A stretch of 64,000 bases of DNA from Octopus sinensis (taxonomy: Eukaryota): NCBI RefSeq assembly GCF_006345805.1, contig NC_042997.1:183148001-183212000 (forward strand), written 5' to 3'. The notes beneath the pieces were generated by a model that saw nothing but the letters and a program-made list of their open reading frames with translations, had not been told where the DNA came from and searched no databases. Below, piece by piece: positions 12,366 through 25,374 of this stretch. How positions within the stretch are numbered: position 1 is the first letter of the stretch; the number at the start of each line of letters is the position of its first letter. The position numbers were made by a program, and so were the translations under genes.

Positions 12366-13044
12366 AATATATATATCATTGTCATTGTCGTTGTTTAACG
12401 TCCGCTTTCCAAGCTGACATGGGTTGGACGGTTTGACTGAGAGGTGGCGAGCCAGAAGGCTACACACACACACATTTAGAAAGGTTAGTGTATTTAATGT
12501 TAATTCATTTTGGGGGAGGAGACAAAAACAAAAACACGTGGTTTTATCATTTATTACGCTGTTAGTAATTATCAGGATGAGAGAAATTTTATTTGTCGGC
12601 ATTAAGTAAAATGGAAAAAAAAAGATCATTAGTTTTTAATGTTCTTTCTATTAGTATAAAATTTGTAAAGTCAGTCTGTTGTTGGTGAAGCATCCCTAGT
12701 CCTTCATTTATGGCAGAGTTGGGTCTTAGCACGTCCAAACTTGTCGGTCTTCAATTGGTTTGGTATTTCAAGCTGTTCCTGCTAGGTAAGTGGTGGACAG
12801 CTGGATTTTAAAAACTAGCCAACATATAAGAAACATGGGTTTAAAGATCTATTTATGAAAAAAAAAACAACCTTTTTTTTTTATTTTTTGAAGTTTTAAG
12901 CATCTTTTTTCTTGTAATAAGTGTTTATAATAAATTCGGATAATACTGAGAGAAACAACTTTAACCCAAAATTATCTTAGAATGTTAGATATTAGAGAGA
13001 GAGAATTTTTATTTGACTCTAGGCACAAATTCTTTATATATATA

Positions 13045-13720
13045 TATCACCATCATTATCAGTTTAACACCCGTTTTCCATGCTAGCATGGGTTGGACAG
13101 TTCGACTAGGGTCTAGGAAGCCAGGAGGCTGCACCAGGCTCCAGTCTGAACTGGCAGTGTTTCTACAGCTGGATGCCCTTCCTAATGCCAACCACTCCAT
13201 GAGTGTAGTGGGTGCTTTTTACATGCCACTGGCACAGGTGCGGGAGGGGGGGCTGACAGTGGCCACAACCAGTTGGTGCCACTGGCACGGAAGCCTGTCA
13301 AGGCTGCGCTGGCCTCGGCCACGTTCGGATGGTGCTTCTTATGTGCCACCGGTACAGGTATCACAACTACAATTTCTATTTGATTTTTTATTTTGATGTT
13401 GATGTACTTGACTCGGTAGGTCTCCTCAAGCACAGCAAGTCACCTTACGATCCAAGGTAAGCACAGCAGGCCGTTCTGTGATCCAAGGTACTTTGGATGG
13501 GCTGGGGCTGCTATGTGAAACTGGTGTAGGAAACAGCTATGAACTCACGTTATTTGTCGGGTCTTCTCAGTACAGCATATCTCCAAAGATCTCGGTCTTT
13601 CATCATTGCCTCTGTGAGACCCAACGTTCGAAGGTCATGCTTGACCATATCTTCCTGGGTCTACCTCTACCCCGGATTCCTTCAACTGTTTGGGAGTGGC
13701 ACTTTTCACACATCTCTCTT
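13045..13720 (-). mobile_element. RTE-clade LINE 3' end (ORF2 C-terminus + repetitive 3' UTR, GAT-type tail)
   Basis: Minus strand shows GIRGRGRPRK..W-like coding remnant and the shared tail tagcatggaaaacgggtgttaaactgat. Confidence 0.8.
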
Positions 13721-13885
13721 CATCCATCCGTGTGTGTGTGTATATATATATATAATTTATTGACTCCCAAAAGGATGAAAGGCAAAGTTGACCTTGGCAG
13801 AATTTGAACTCAGAATGTAGCGATGGGTGAAATACTATTAAGTATTTTGTCCAACGTGCTAATGATTCTGCCTACTTGCCACCTT

Positions 13886-15023
13886 CAAGACATGAAAACA
13901 AGAAAGCATCATACTCAGTAACAAAACAGGCAAAGGAATATGTAAGTGAATTCCAAATACTACAAATTCCAGAATTAGACATACTAGAAACAAGCGCAGA
14001 AAAAGCTAAGCACATGAAAACCTGTACTAAAACTGCTGCTTTTGATATTCTGACTGATAAATGGCAAGAAAAACTTCTCAGTGGTAAATACCCAAAGAGA
14101 TCAAATAATGCTGATGTTGACAAAGCCCTTACCCATCAATGGCTAATGGCTTCTCTGGCTTAAAATCTGAAACAGAAGGCTTTATCATAGCAGCCCAAGA
14201 TCAGTGCCTACTTACAAGGCCAACATATTAAAGAATGGCAGCTTCCCAACATGTCATATATGTCAACAATAAAATGAAACCATTGATCATGTCGTCTCTA
14301 TGTGTAGTCTTCTTGTACCTACAGAGTATCTCAACAGGCATGATAGAGCTGCACAATATATTCACTGGGTAATTTGCGAAAACCTGGACTTGCCCCATGA
14401 TAAAAACTGGTGGGAACACAAACCACCTCCAGTGCTTGAAAATGATCACATCTCGCTCCTCTGGAACTTCACCATTCAAACTGACAGAAATATAGATACA
14501 AATATGCCAGACATCATATTGAAAGACTTCAGACAAAAAACATGCCTCCTCATTGATATGACTGTCCCAATCAATATAAACGTATCTGTCAAAACCTACC
14601 AAAAACTGAGCAAGTATAAATATCTTGAAATAGAAATTAACAAAGTGTGGAACCTGAAGACTAAAACAATAGCTGTTATAGGTGCCCTGGGAATGATAGC
14701 AAAAGGGGCTGATTGCTACCTAGCTCAGATACCAGAAAACCCCCAAATGGCAGAAATTCAAAAGATAGTGCTTATGGGAACTGCCCATATCCTAAGCAAG
14801 ATACTTTCTATGTAATCTCAAATTTTAAAACAAACACATAATTTTTTTATGGTTTCTTAAGCATTCTCTAGAACAACACTATGTACAAAAACCAAATATA
14901 ATGGCACCCTAGGCATAACACCAACATGAACTTCTAACTTGTCTTTTGAGGTCTCTGGGTGAGACTTGGAGCCAACTTGTACAAATGTAAAGCAAAAGTC
15001 AAACATAAAATAATAATAATGAT
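13886..15023 (+). mobile_element. 5'-truncated R4/Dong-like non-LTR retrotransposon (zinc knuckle + restriction-like endonuclease), frameshifted, (TAA)n tail
   Basis: C..C...ETIDHVVSMC...YLNRHD...WWEHKP...LWNFTIQTD...PDIIL...LIDMTVP...K..KY motifs. Ends in aataataataat. Confidence 0.88.
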
Positions 15024-15805
15024 AAAAGCAGCAGTGCCCTGAGCTTAAAGCTATAAGCCCAAATTTAACAGTTTAAGATAGCAGCCTGATGATTTTATTT
15101 GACCATGTAAGTTGTGTGCAATCAGGGACAGCAAAAATATTAGTTTAAAAATAGAATTGGAGTCAGAGGCATTTAAAATTAAACATGGACTACATTTATT
15201 ACACTTTCAACATTTTTACTTAGCCTCTATAGGATTTAACTCTTTAACATTCATTGCTCAGTCACATGTAATGCTTATTCATTCAAATTATTTTGAATTA
15301 ATCATGCATTATTTCATAGTCTTCAGGTTTCAATGATGTGATTGTTTACTTTTAGAATTACATTGTAGGGTAGTTTGGACACAAAATAGAGTATTTAGGC
15401 TGGATATGGCCAGTTTGAATGCTTGTAAGAATTACACTTTTGTCAAGTTTGTAGCAGTTGTCATCGTCATCACTATTGTATTTATGTTCACTTTTTAAAT
15501 ATTGGAATTTCTGAACTATTTTGATTTTACCATTTAATTCATTTTTGTGGGTTAATAAATATCTATCCATTGATTGATTAAATTGAGATGGACAGATGTA
15601 GCTGAGAAATTCCAATATTGTGCTAGCATGGAAAAAGCAAATGTTAAGGAGGTTTGTGTTGTCCATTGAAATTACCCGATGAGAGAAAAAAAATCTTCGC
15701 ATTTATGTTTTCTATTATGTTATATTTGTTTTAATTGGTTTTAAATATTAAGTGTTGTTGCAAAAGCATTTTTAAGAATTACCTACCAATATTTTTCAGG
15801 CAAGA

Positions 15806-15860
15806 ATGTCTGCTGTAGAGAAGGTTGCTACCACTGCAGCCTTTTCATCATCCAGTACAA
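15806..15860 (+). CDS. ATF7IP: ATF7IP coding exon 1 (MSAVEKVATTAAFSSSST); exon starts at 15800
   Basis: Acceptor tttttcag|G at 15799/15800, ATG 15806, donor A|gtaagt at 15861. Phase 1 matches the next exon. Confidence 0.75.
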
Positions 15861-16939
15861 GTAAGTTAATTTTTCTTTATTAAACATCTTCAGTTATTGT
15901 GAATTATTAAAAAAATAATTTAAATAGTTTATAATTTTAACATGCATTTTAAAATACATTCTTAAAGCACATTGTTGTATGCACATGCTTATGCACATAC
16001 ATAGAAAACTTCATATTTGAAAGATTTTACATATAAGTAACTAGTGATAAAATTTTAATCTGCATGTTTTGTTTTTAATCTTTGTGTTAATTAATTTAAT
16101 GATCTGCATGTCTTTTCTGTATACTAATTGAATAACAGTTGTATTTTAAGAGTATTTTGCTTCATGATGAATGTGTGAGTATGATGGGGGAAAATTGAAA
16201 CTGGTAATAGTTGTTGCATAATTATATACTTGGGTTTACAAAATAAGATGACAGATATTCTTGTCATTATATAGAAAGCAAAACATTTAGTTAGATTAAT
16301 GTTTTGGCTACAGGATTAGTGGTGTAAGTGACACTGTTTTTCTATTAGTTTAATTGATGCTATTCTGTGTTCTTTTCTATTTTTAGCATTTGAAATGTAA
16401 GCATCTTTTCTTTGGGAGAAAAACAAAATAGTTTCTTAATCCACTATTAGTAATATCATGAGAAGTTTTGTCTTTAATGCATTTTAAAAAGGCATTTTGT
16501 ATCTCATTGCTTTATGAAAGTGGTTTTGTTAAGTCCTTTGTAACAGGTTACTGTTTATTTGCTTTCATTATCCATATTCTTTTCTGAAATAGAATAAGGA
16601 ATTGCAATATTAAAGCTCGTGTGAACCTGTTTAACTGAGAAAGTTTGAAACCTGGTAGAAAAGGCTAATTTTATATGACTCTATTATTACTATAAGTAAT
16701 GTGTTAGGCATTGGTGATTCCAATAATATATTTGCATAAAGTAAAGGAAATGTGAATTAAATATTGTGTATATAAATACAGGTAGTAGATTTACAATGGT
16801 GGTAGAAATATATCATTTAGATTAACTGTACCTTCACAAAGTTGATAACTCACCATATTGATATTATATGCAACTGGCTGAGAATATACTCAAAATGAGT
16901 GTTGAGATAAGAGTTTACAATAGTGCATGGATTTTAACA

Positions 16940-17295
16940 AACCAGGTGTAGGTGGCCTTGGATTCAGTCCCACTGCATGGCTTCTTGGGCAAACGTCTCT
17001 ACTATTATAGCTCCAGGTTTACCAAAGCCCTTGTGAGTGGATTTGATTGACAGAAACTGAAAGAACCCTGTTGTAGTGTGTGTATTCTTGTTTTGATATT
17101 GTGGTGATTGTAAGCAAGATCACCTTCAAGTGATGCTGTTCATTTCCAGTCTTCCATGAAGAACATGTCTGACCATGGGGAAACAAGTAGGGGATGGTGA
17201 CAATTCAGGTATCCAGCTGTAGAAAATCTGCATTGACAAATTCTGTTTGACCTGTGTGAGCATGGTAAAAATGGATGTTAAATGATGATGATGCT
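16940..17295 (+). mobile_element. SINE head + RTE-type tail, degraded
   Basis: Similar to 5066-5450; ends ggatgttaaatgatgatgatg. Confidence 0.7.
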
Positions 17296-17879
17296 TTTGT
17301 TGATAACAATGCATAAAGAAAAGAAATTTTTTTTAAATGGAGTTGAAATAAATATGATATTAAAAAAAAAAAAATGATCGGCCATAAGATGAAGTGCAAA
17401 AGTTTCATATGCTTATGTAGTTCATTCCAGCACAGAAAAGCTAATATGGAAAAGTGGATGGTGATTATAATGCTTTTAACTTTATGATGTGATCTTTCAC
17501 AAACTAGTTTCTGAATTGATGGTTATATCATGATTTTCAAGAATATCTTGCATCCATTTTCCATAGTAAAATATATTGAGTAGTTTTGCACATTTGATAA
17601 AGACGAAACCTGATTGATCTTCTAGAATTGGCAACCAACTATCTATTAAAAGCAAGGATATATTGGACAAGTTGTTCTAGATATATTATGTCAGAATAAA
17701 AGATAGTTGGTCATGTCTTGATGGCTTCATATATATATATATATATATAATGCCTCTGATTCTCCTTCTGTTGTGGAAAGACACCTGCTTCTGTCTCTTT
17801 GTCACACTCTGACCTTTCATCCTCTGACACAAGTTTCTCTCTTCAAATGCCCTGCCCCTGTCATAATTCCTTGTCTTGG

Positions 17880-18572
17880 GAGTTACTTGGTTACCCTATC
17901 AGTGCTGGTGCCACATTAAAAGCATCCAGTCCACACTAATGTGGTTGGCGTTTGGAAGGGCATCAAGCTGTAAAATTCCTGCCAAAACTAACCTCACCCG
18001 TGCTAGTGCCATGTAAAAAGCACTGAGTTCACTCTGTAAGTGGTTGTTGTTAAGAAGGGCATCTAGCCGTAAAATCCCTGCCAAAACACACAATAGCCTT
18101 GGGTAGTTTTTCTACCTTGGCTGGCTCCCCTGTCAACCGTCCTACCCATGCATGCATGGAAGATGGACATTAAATGGATGATGGAAGATGATGATGATAT
18201 ATTCTTTTATTTGTTTCAGTCATTTGACTGTGGCCATGCTGAAGCACCACCTTTAGTAGAACAAATCGACCCCAGGACTTATTCGTTGTAAGCCTAGTAC
18301 TTATTCTATTGGTCTCTTTTGCCGAACTGCTAAGTTATGGGGGAGTAAACACACCAGCATCATTGTCAAGCAATATTGGGGTGGGGGGACAAACAGAGAC
18401 ACACACACACAATAGGCTTCTTTCAGTTTCGGTCTACCAAATCCACTCACAAGGCTTTGGTTGGCCCGAAGCTATAGTAGAAGACACTTGGCCAAGATGC
18501 CACGCCATGGAACTGAACCCAGAACCATGTGGTTGGTAAGCAAGCTACTTACCACACAGCCACTCCTGTGCC
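17880..18572. mobile_element. RTE-tail fragment (+, 17880-18198) abutting major SINE (-, 18200-18572)
   Basis: Shared family sequences, tail-to-tail arrangement. Confidence 0.75.
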
Positions 18573-18688
18573 TATATATATACATATATAGAAAATATTT
18601 GATCAGGATTGATCTACAGCTAAAGTGGCATAAACTGTGCAAGTAACACACTTGTTTGCTTTTCTTGGATGTTAAAGTTTTTCAGTCA

Positions 18689-18756
18689 AACAGTCTGAAG
18701 TAGCTAATTTAGAACGTATTAACAGTCTGAAGTAGCTAATTTAGAACGTATTAACA
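18689..18756. repeat. Perfect 32-bp tandem duplication
   Basis: aacagtctgaagtagctaatttagaacgtatt x2, plus aaca. Confidence 0.9.
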
Positions 18757-20014
18757 CATTTTACGTTAGACACAAGAAGCAAGTCTACTGACAGGATTCT
18801 ACCCACAAATCGTTGGCCCTGTTTCTCTATTCGACCTCAAATAAGTTGGCGGTGAGGAGAATGAACTGATAGTAAACTAAATTTCCAAGAAGGAAGAATT
18901 GGGCATAATGTTTTATGTGATGTGTTGGAAGTGAAATAATAAGGGGGAAAGAAGAAAGTCTGCTGTGGGGAGAGAGGAGTTTTTATATAACATGCGTAAA
19001 AAGGAAAAGAAAACAGTATAGAAATGAAAAGGATCCCTGTATAAAATATGAGATTGCTAATTTTTTCTTTTGCATGTAGTTTTTTTTTATTAAAATTTTT
19101 TTTATAGTTGAGCTATGAAGTTGTTGATGTAGAGAAATAAAATGACAGTTGAATTGTTAGTTGGGTAGTGAAAGAAAGCTTCTCAATGTGATATAGTTTG
19201 CAATATATTAGTAGCCTCTGTCTGGTGCTTAGTGATTGAGTTTTTTTTTTCATTCCCATGACGTTAAGACATGGTGAAGTCAAGGGCAACAACTTTGGCT
19301 TTATCAAAGTTCTCAAAAATGAACAACTGCAAGTATATGAGATTATAGGAAAGGATTTCTTTAAATAATTTGGTTTTGATGGTAATCAAGCTGGATAATG
19401 AAACTCAATAATACTCATTTTTAAGAATATTAGTCTTTACTCTTTCTTGTTGATCTTTTGAAGTTTGAATTAATTTTAATATCTACACTCCGGTTGTAGA
19501 GCAAGCTAATTTTTCTTTCTGTTGAAAATGCATAATGGAATTAGGATCATTAGCTAATATAGTAGCTCTAAGACCTCATAACATTTTAAATGTTAGAGAA
19601 ATATATGATTCAAGTTGATAAATATAATTGTACTTTGATATTCAAGGTATATAAGTTATTAATGGACTTGTATTAAAAATAAGCTTTGGATATGATTGAT
19701 TTTTTAAAAATTGATCTTACAATTATATAATTTAAAAATTCAATTTTTATTTTGTAAAGACTTGCAGTCTGCTAAGATAAGACAAGCAAAAAAACAAATT
19801 TTGATCTTTTGTGATCTGTATTGTTAATAGTATTTAAAGCATCTTCAGTTAAATTTTATTTATAATAACTTTGTTGTGTTTCTTTTAAATTTAGTTAAAA
19901 GTTATGTTATTTAAATTAAAAAGGAGTAATTTTCTTTTTTTTTCACTGGACATATGGCTAGTTGCTTTGTGGGAAAAGAATTTAGTTTTTTAATGATAGA
20001 AATTTTTAGTCTTT

Positions 20015-20245
20015 TTAACCCTTTAGCATTTAAACCAACAATATTTGGTCCAAATATTATTCTACCTGCTTAATGTTAAAGCTGATCAGATTTGGCCTCT
20101 GACACTATCCCTACAATATCATTTTAAAAATATACATTCACATATCAAAATCTCAAAGCTACAAGATAAATACATGATTAATTCAAAGCCATGTGAATAA
20201 ATTACAATTACATTTGAGAGAGTAATCTAAATGCTAAATGGTTAA
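20015..20245. mobile_element. piggyBac-type MITE
   Basis: TTAA-CCCTTTAGCATT...AATGCTAAATGG-TTAA. Related fragments near 15238-15430 and 56225-56400. Confidence 0.75.
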
Positions 20246-22385
20246 ACCATATTCTTATAGTTATATTGGCACTTCGTAATTAAAAAAAAATATATATTTT
20301 TGTGTTGTCTGCTTTTATAAATAGTTTTTCTTATAATCTAATGTTTGTTTATTCATATTATGAAAACAATTATTCCTGTAAGTAATTAAGGGCTACTCTA
20401 CTTTTGTTGTAGTCTTTAAAATGGTGAAAGCTCTGGCTATATTTTTCAAATTTATGATATTCTAGTTGAGTTTAACCTAAACATTTTTGAAATTGTAGTT
20501 ATCTGCGAGGTAATATTCTCAATGTGAATCCAAATCAATTTTTTATAAATTGAAAGTAAACTCACAATAAGAACCATTAGCACTAAGTTCTTATATTTTT
20601 TAATAAGTTAAGGGATAGAACTCTGGAATTTGAATTGATGCAAAATAAATGATATGTAGTGAAGAGTGAATTTGATGTATATAGAAATGCTGACAACTCT
20701 GGATGTGGTTCACTCTCTGCTACATGAATTTTGAATCATTTTAAATTCCAGGGTTCTCTTTGCAATTTTCAACAAGAATTGTCTATAATGCTAATATTTC
20801 TACTTCACATAATGGGTTAATTTCATTTTCTTTTTGGCTCACTATATTATGTTAGCCTCAACTACATTTTTTTTTCATGCTGGTGAAAATTCTGCATTCA
20901 ACAAATTGATTTTTGAACAATTAAATTATATATCATAAATGCTTCAGTGATGTTGCAGAATAGTGAATGCTTCAAACTATGTGTAATGGAATTATGCACT
21001 AAATATACTAATACAGCTACTAACAGTATTGTCTCTTTTGTATTCATATCTAATGACTAATATAATGAAAACATAATGAAAACAATATTTATCAGATATG
21101 AAATAGCATGAGTTTTTATTCATACTGTCTTGCTCCTTACATAAGGCATAAAAAAAGACAAAAACTAAAATAAAAAATGCCTCTTCAATTTTCATGAAAT
21201 CTGTTTAATTACATCAGTATTCTACATTGAAAAAGTTTTATACAATTAAAAGCAATTGAAATGTGGAAAATAACTCCATTACATTGTAACTTCTGGCATT
21301 CTCTTTAATAATTAGATTAGCAGTTACTATTAACTACAAAGATAATGGCAATGCATTAAAAATAGACTTAAGCCAATGGATGAAGATGGTCAAGTAGACT
21401 TAAACAATGGATGGAGGTGGTCTATATAGTAAAGCTAATGCAAGATATGGCTGAGATGAATAAAAGGTAGTACTAGTATATAGGCCTTCTTTTTCTGCTG
21501 TGATACCTGTATGAGAAATAATAGGCCCCACTCTAATCCACCAATAACAAATTTATATTCAATGAAAAAACAAAAGGCATCATATTGTCATTGTGTGATC
21601 TTATGGCAGTATGATATATGTGTGAATGATAAGTTCAGATCCGGTTACATTTCAAGGACTCATGATAGTAAGCATTTAAGAAACAAGAACAGAAAACTAA
21701 AACTCTGGAGAAGGACTTGGACGAACATCCTTAATAGTGAACAAATGACATGATTGCACTGGTATACTTGATATGGTCTGTTAAAGCTGATAGACGGAAT
21801 TTGGGGAATAAAAAGATTTTCTCTATAAATAACAGGAAGTATGGTGTGTATGTTAATTATGTGATGATGAATTAAATAGGAAAATGTAAACAGAAGACCA
21901 GCAGTAAGCAAAATTATATTTGTAATTTATTGGACAATAATTTGTGTAATTAAATGAATGTGCAGTATGACCAAAATGAAGGTGTGTATAGAAAATGGTT
22001 GTTAATTACTTGGTGTTGTAAAATAAAACCAATTTTAAGGAGAGCAGAGTAAGCTAATGAAAATGTTGATGCTGTAATGACACTGGAAGCCAATTAAACA
22101 TGTTGTACATGCCCATCTAACTTCTACTATAAGTATAAATACACACTAAGAGGAGAGTTATAATAAATTTAACTAGAAAATAGTTATGAAAATATTTCTA
22201 AATATAACTTATTAAGCCTCAATTTTATTGAGGCTTATTAAAAAGGTTTGCCTAAGATAAGAAATCAAGAGATAAAGCAGTAGTAACAATAAGTGAAAGA
22301 TGAAGCAAAGCAAACTTGCAGAAAAAGACCTAATAAAAGTTAATGTATTAAAATAAGTTGCTTTAATAAAATCACAATTGAATAG

Positions 22386-22388
<3 letters not shown>

Positions 22389-22475
<87 letters not shown>

Positions 22476-22482
22476 ATATATA
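22389..22482. repeat. Long (TA)n microsatellite
   Basis: Directly visible. Many other (TA)/(TG)/(CA) tracts occur in the window. Confidence 0.95.
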
Positions 22483-22871
22483 GTTATTGCTAAAAAGTTT
22501 ATATGTAAATTCAGAAAATAGATTTTCTTTAATTATTTGTATATCACAAAATTTCCTCTTCGTAATATAAAAATAATGACAATTAAAATGCTAATGTATA
22601 AATTTAAGGATACAAATTAACATGATTAAAAACATTTGTTCTTTTATGCGTGAAACTGTAAGATGAGTTCCCTGTAAGGTAGTGAAACAGACATTCGATA
22701 TGAATTTAATATTTTGTTTAACTTATTAAATTAATTGATTGTTTTTAAATTTATTAATTTAAAATAACAATTTAACCAAATTAGTATTCTAATTGAAAGT
22801 AGTATGTTATTTATTTTCACTAAACTGTTTTTAATTTGTTTATAGCCTAACCAGTTTTTCTGTTCTTTCAG

Positions 22872-23804
22872 TTGGGCAGTCAAATAGTGCTCGGATGTCA
22901 TCTACGAAAGTGTCACCTCTTCATGTCAGCCTAAATGCCAACCTTGTGGAGCATAGTGGCTTTTCTGACAATAATTCTGATGGTAATAGTGAATTTGAAG
23001 AAGCTTTAAAAAATATAAAAGCTTTAAATGGTCAAGGCCGATATACTGACACTCCTGAAAATGAAGCTATTGAGAAAAATGTAGATAGCAATTTTGGAAT
23101 AAAACCAGATAAGAAAAGCAGTTCTACTACTAATATAAACAAAAATACAAGTGAATCTCAAAAACAATCTGATGATCAAAATCTAGATGAATCGGTATCA
23201 CAGGAAAACAATAACAGTAACTCTAGCCATATGAACTTATCACCCATTGATACCACTCAAACGAGTCCTTTGTCAGAAAATGATGACAATCCTGAAAATT
23301 TAGATGATGTTAAAAATAATTGTGATAAATCTAAAACATCAAAAAATGAAGCATCTGACAATGAGGAAACAGAAGTAAACTTCAATCATTTAAACTCTTT
23401 GAATGTTTCTTCTGATAAAAAGAATTGTAATGATAATGAAAGCCATTCTGAGAAGAAGAATTTTGTTGGTAATGGAGACTATTCTGGGTCTGATGTTAAA
23501 GAATTTGTATCCTCTTATGGTTTGGATGAAAAAATAAAAGATTCATTCAAATATTTTTCAGAAAAGAACTCAAATTCAGCATTAAGTAAAATGCTTTTAA
23601 AAAAGAAGGATGACAGTAATGTTCAAAATGTAACATCAACAAGTGATTCCCAATCTTCTTCCAAATCAAACAAAACCAGTTCCTCACGTGGAAATTTATT
23701 TGAAAACTTTGGGACTATTGCTTCAACTAATCATAAAGATGATAAGGAAGATGAGAAGATAAAAGGAATTGATGAATATATTTCTAAGAGTAACGGGCAA
23801 GTTG
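22872..23804 (+). CDS. ATF7IP: ATF7IP coding exon 2, large N/S/D/E/K-rich disordered region
   Basis: Acceptor ttctttcag|, 933-nt open frame (ORF 22895..), donor G|gtaagt at 23805. Phase 1-1. Confidence 0.85.
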
Positions 23805-24756
23805 GTAAGTTTACCTCAGTACCACCCTTTTTTTTTTCTTTCTTAGCTATTTTGACATTAGCCCCCATGTACATATTTTTCACTCATGGGTATAAATTGA
23901 TACTAGCATTGTATAAGCCCAATATATACTAACCTAATTTTTTTGTGGTGATCAAGATTTTTTCCATTAGCAAGAAATTAGAATTTAATGCTTAGAACTT
24001 GTGCTAGTTCAGAGAATCTAAGAATACTATAAAATCATCCAGAATATTTGATAGTCATATAGTCTTTTAAGTTCAGACAGAAACAGTTTACAAACATGCG
24101 TATGGATTTTAGCCGTCATTTAAAAACAAAACTAAATGAGATTTCTTTGATATTCCATATATATCTTCATCTTTGAAAATGTAATGCTTGGTGCGAAACT
24201 CTTGTTCAGCTGCCTTTCAGTTTTTACTTGATTTACTTTTAGGTATTTTCATTTTTTCAAATTAACTCATTCATATTTGTAGATTGTTTTATATAAACAG
24301 TTCATAACTATCTTCATCATCTATAAGTACATTGTATTCCTTGTTTGGTTGAATTAATATTTAGAGTTTCATTCAGTTTTTTTTTTTTTATGCTATGACA
24401 TCATTAAGTCTTATGAATAATTAAGAAAGTATTTTAGGTACACTTTTTGTCTTTTATGCCTATTTAGAATATTAAAATTATTGATAAAACAAGCATTTCA
24501 GTTAGTAAAATTATGTTCATGAAACCTAAATACTGGTCTTAAATCCTATCTAAATAATTATTATAATTATTGTTGCTTTAGTGAGAATAAAACTCATGCA
24601 ATGTCCCTAGTCACTTCAATATGGCTGTCCATTTGAATGGACTTTACTGCAATTATTTAAACCCAAGAGGACATCTCTAGCTGGTTAATGATGCACAGCT
24701 GTGTCCAATATATTGTGAGCAGGGAAGTGAATCCCTACCATCCTCTAGCAGTGGGA

Positions 24757-24806
24757 CCAGTAGGCCAACCTGGTTTCAGGCTATTTCTGCCTCTCTTCAG
24801 TACTGG
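24757..24806 (-). ncRNA. Type I hammerhead ribozyme, antisense copy with mutated cleavage triplet (GCC)
   Basis: Minus strand reads CCAGTA-CTGAAGA-GAGGC(AGAAATA)GCCT-GAAA-CCAGGTTG-GCC-TACTGG, with a perfect 6-bp stem I CCAGTA/TACTGG. Confidence 0.75.
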
Positions 24807-25324
24807 ACACCTCATCTGCTAGAGATGGCAATAGCTTGCTTCTGCTTGCAATATATATAAATTCACGCGATAAACAGTTGCTTATTTTGCAACCGGCAAG
24901 AATGCTAGTTCTAAAATCTCTCTGAGAGATCATCGCAGTAGTTGTACTAACAAGTTATGTTTGCAGCCACTTCAACATAGCTGTCTGTTCGAATGGAGGT
25001 AGAAATAGCCCAAAACCAGGCTGGTCTACTGGTCCTTTCATTAGAAAGTGGTAGGAGTTCGCTCCCCTGCTCACACTATATTGAAAGCAGCTGTGCCTTG
25101 TTAACCAACTAGAGATGTCCTCTTGGGATTAAAAAAATTACAGTAAAGTCTGTTCAAATGGACAGCCATGTTGAAGTGGCTATGAACATTACTTGTTAGT
25201 ACAACTACTGTGTTGATCTCTTAGATTTTAAAACTAGCAATTTTGCTTGTTGCAAAAATCAGTGACTGTGTTGCTTGAATTTATGTATGCAGTGAGCTAC
25301 TGCCATCTCTAGCAGACGAAATGT

Positions 25325-25374
25325 CCAGTTCTGAAGAGGAGCAGAAATAGCCTGAAACCAGACTGGTCTGCTGG
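25325..25374 (+). ncRNA. Type I hammerhead ribozyme, catalytic core intact
   Basis: CCAGTT-CTGAAGA-GGAGC(AGAAATA)GCCT-GAAA-CCAGACTG-GTC-TGCTGG. Stem I CCAGU/GCUGG with a U-U closing mismatch, stem II, near-palindromic stem III ACCAG-A-CTGGT. Predicted cleavage after C25368. Confidence 0.8.

Noticed and set aside
16635-16665. ctgagaaagtttgaaacctggtag, hammerhead-like words (similar at 22660-22692)
   Set aside because: The core does not match CTGANGA and stems I/II do not form.
23805-23932. Hydrophobic C-terminal tail of ORF 22895..23932 resembling a transmembrane segment
   Set aside because: It is read-through past a consensus GTAAGT donor into T-rich intron. The same applies to the tails of ORFs 35517.., 38242.. 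and 51219..
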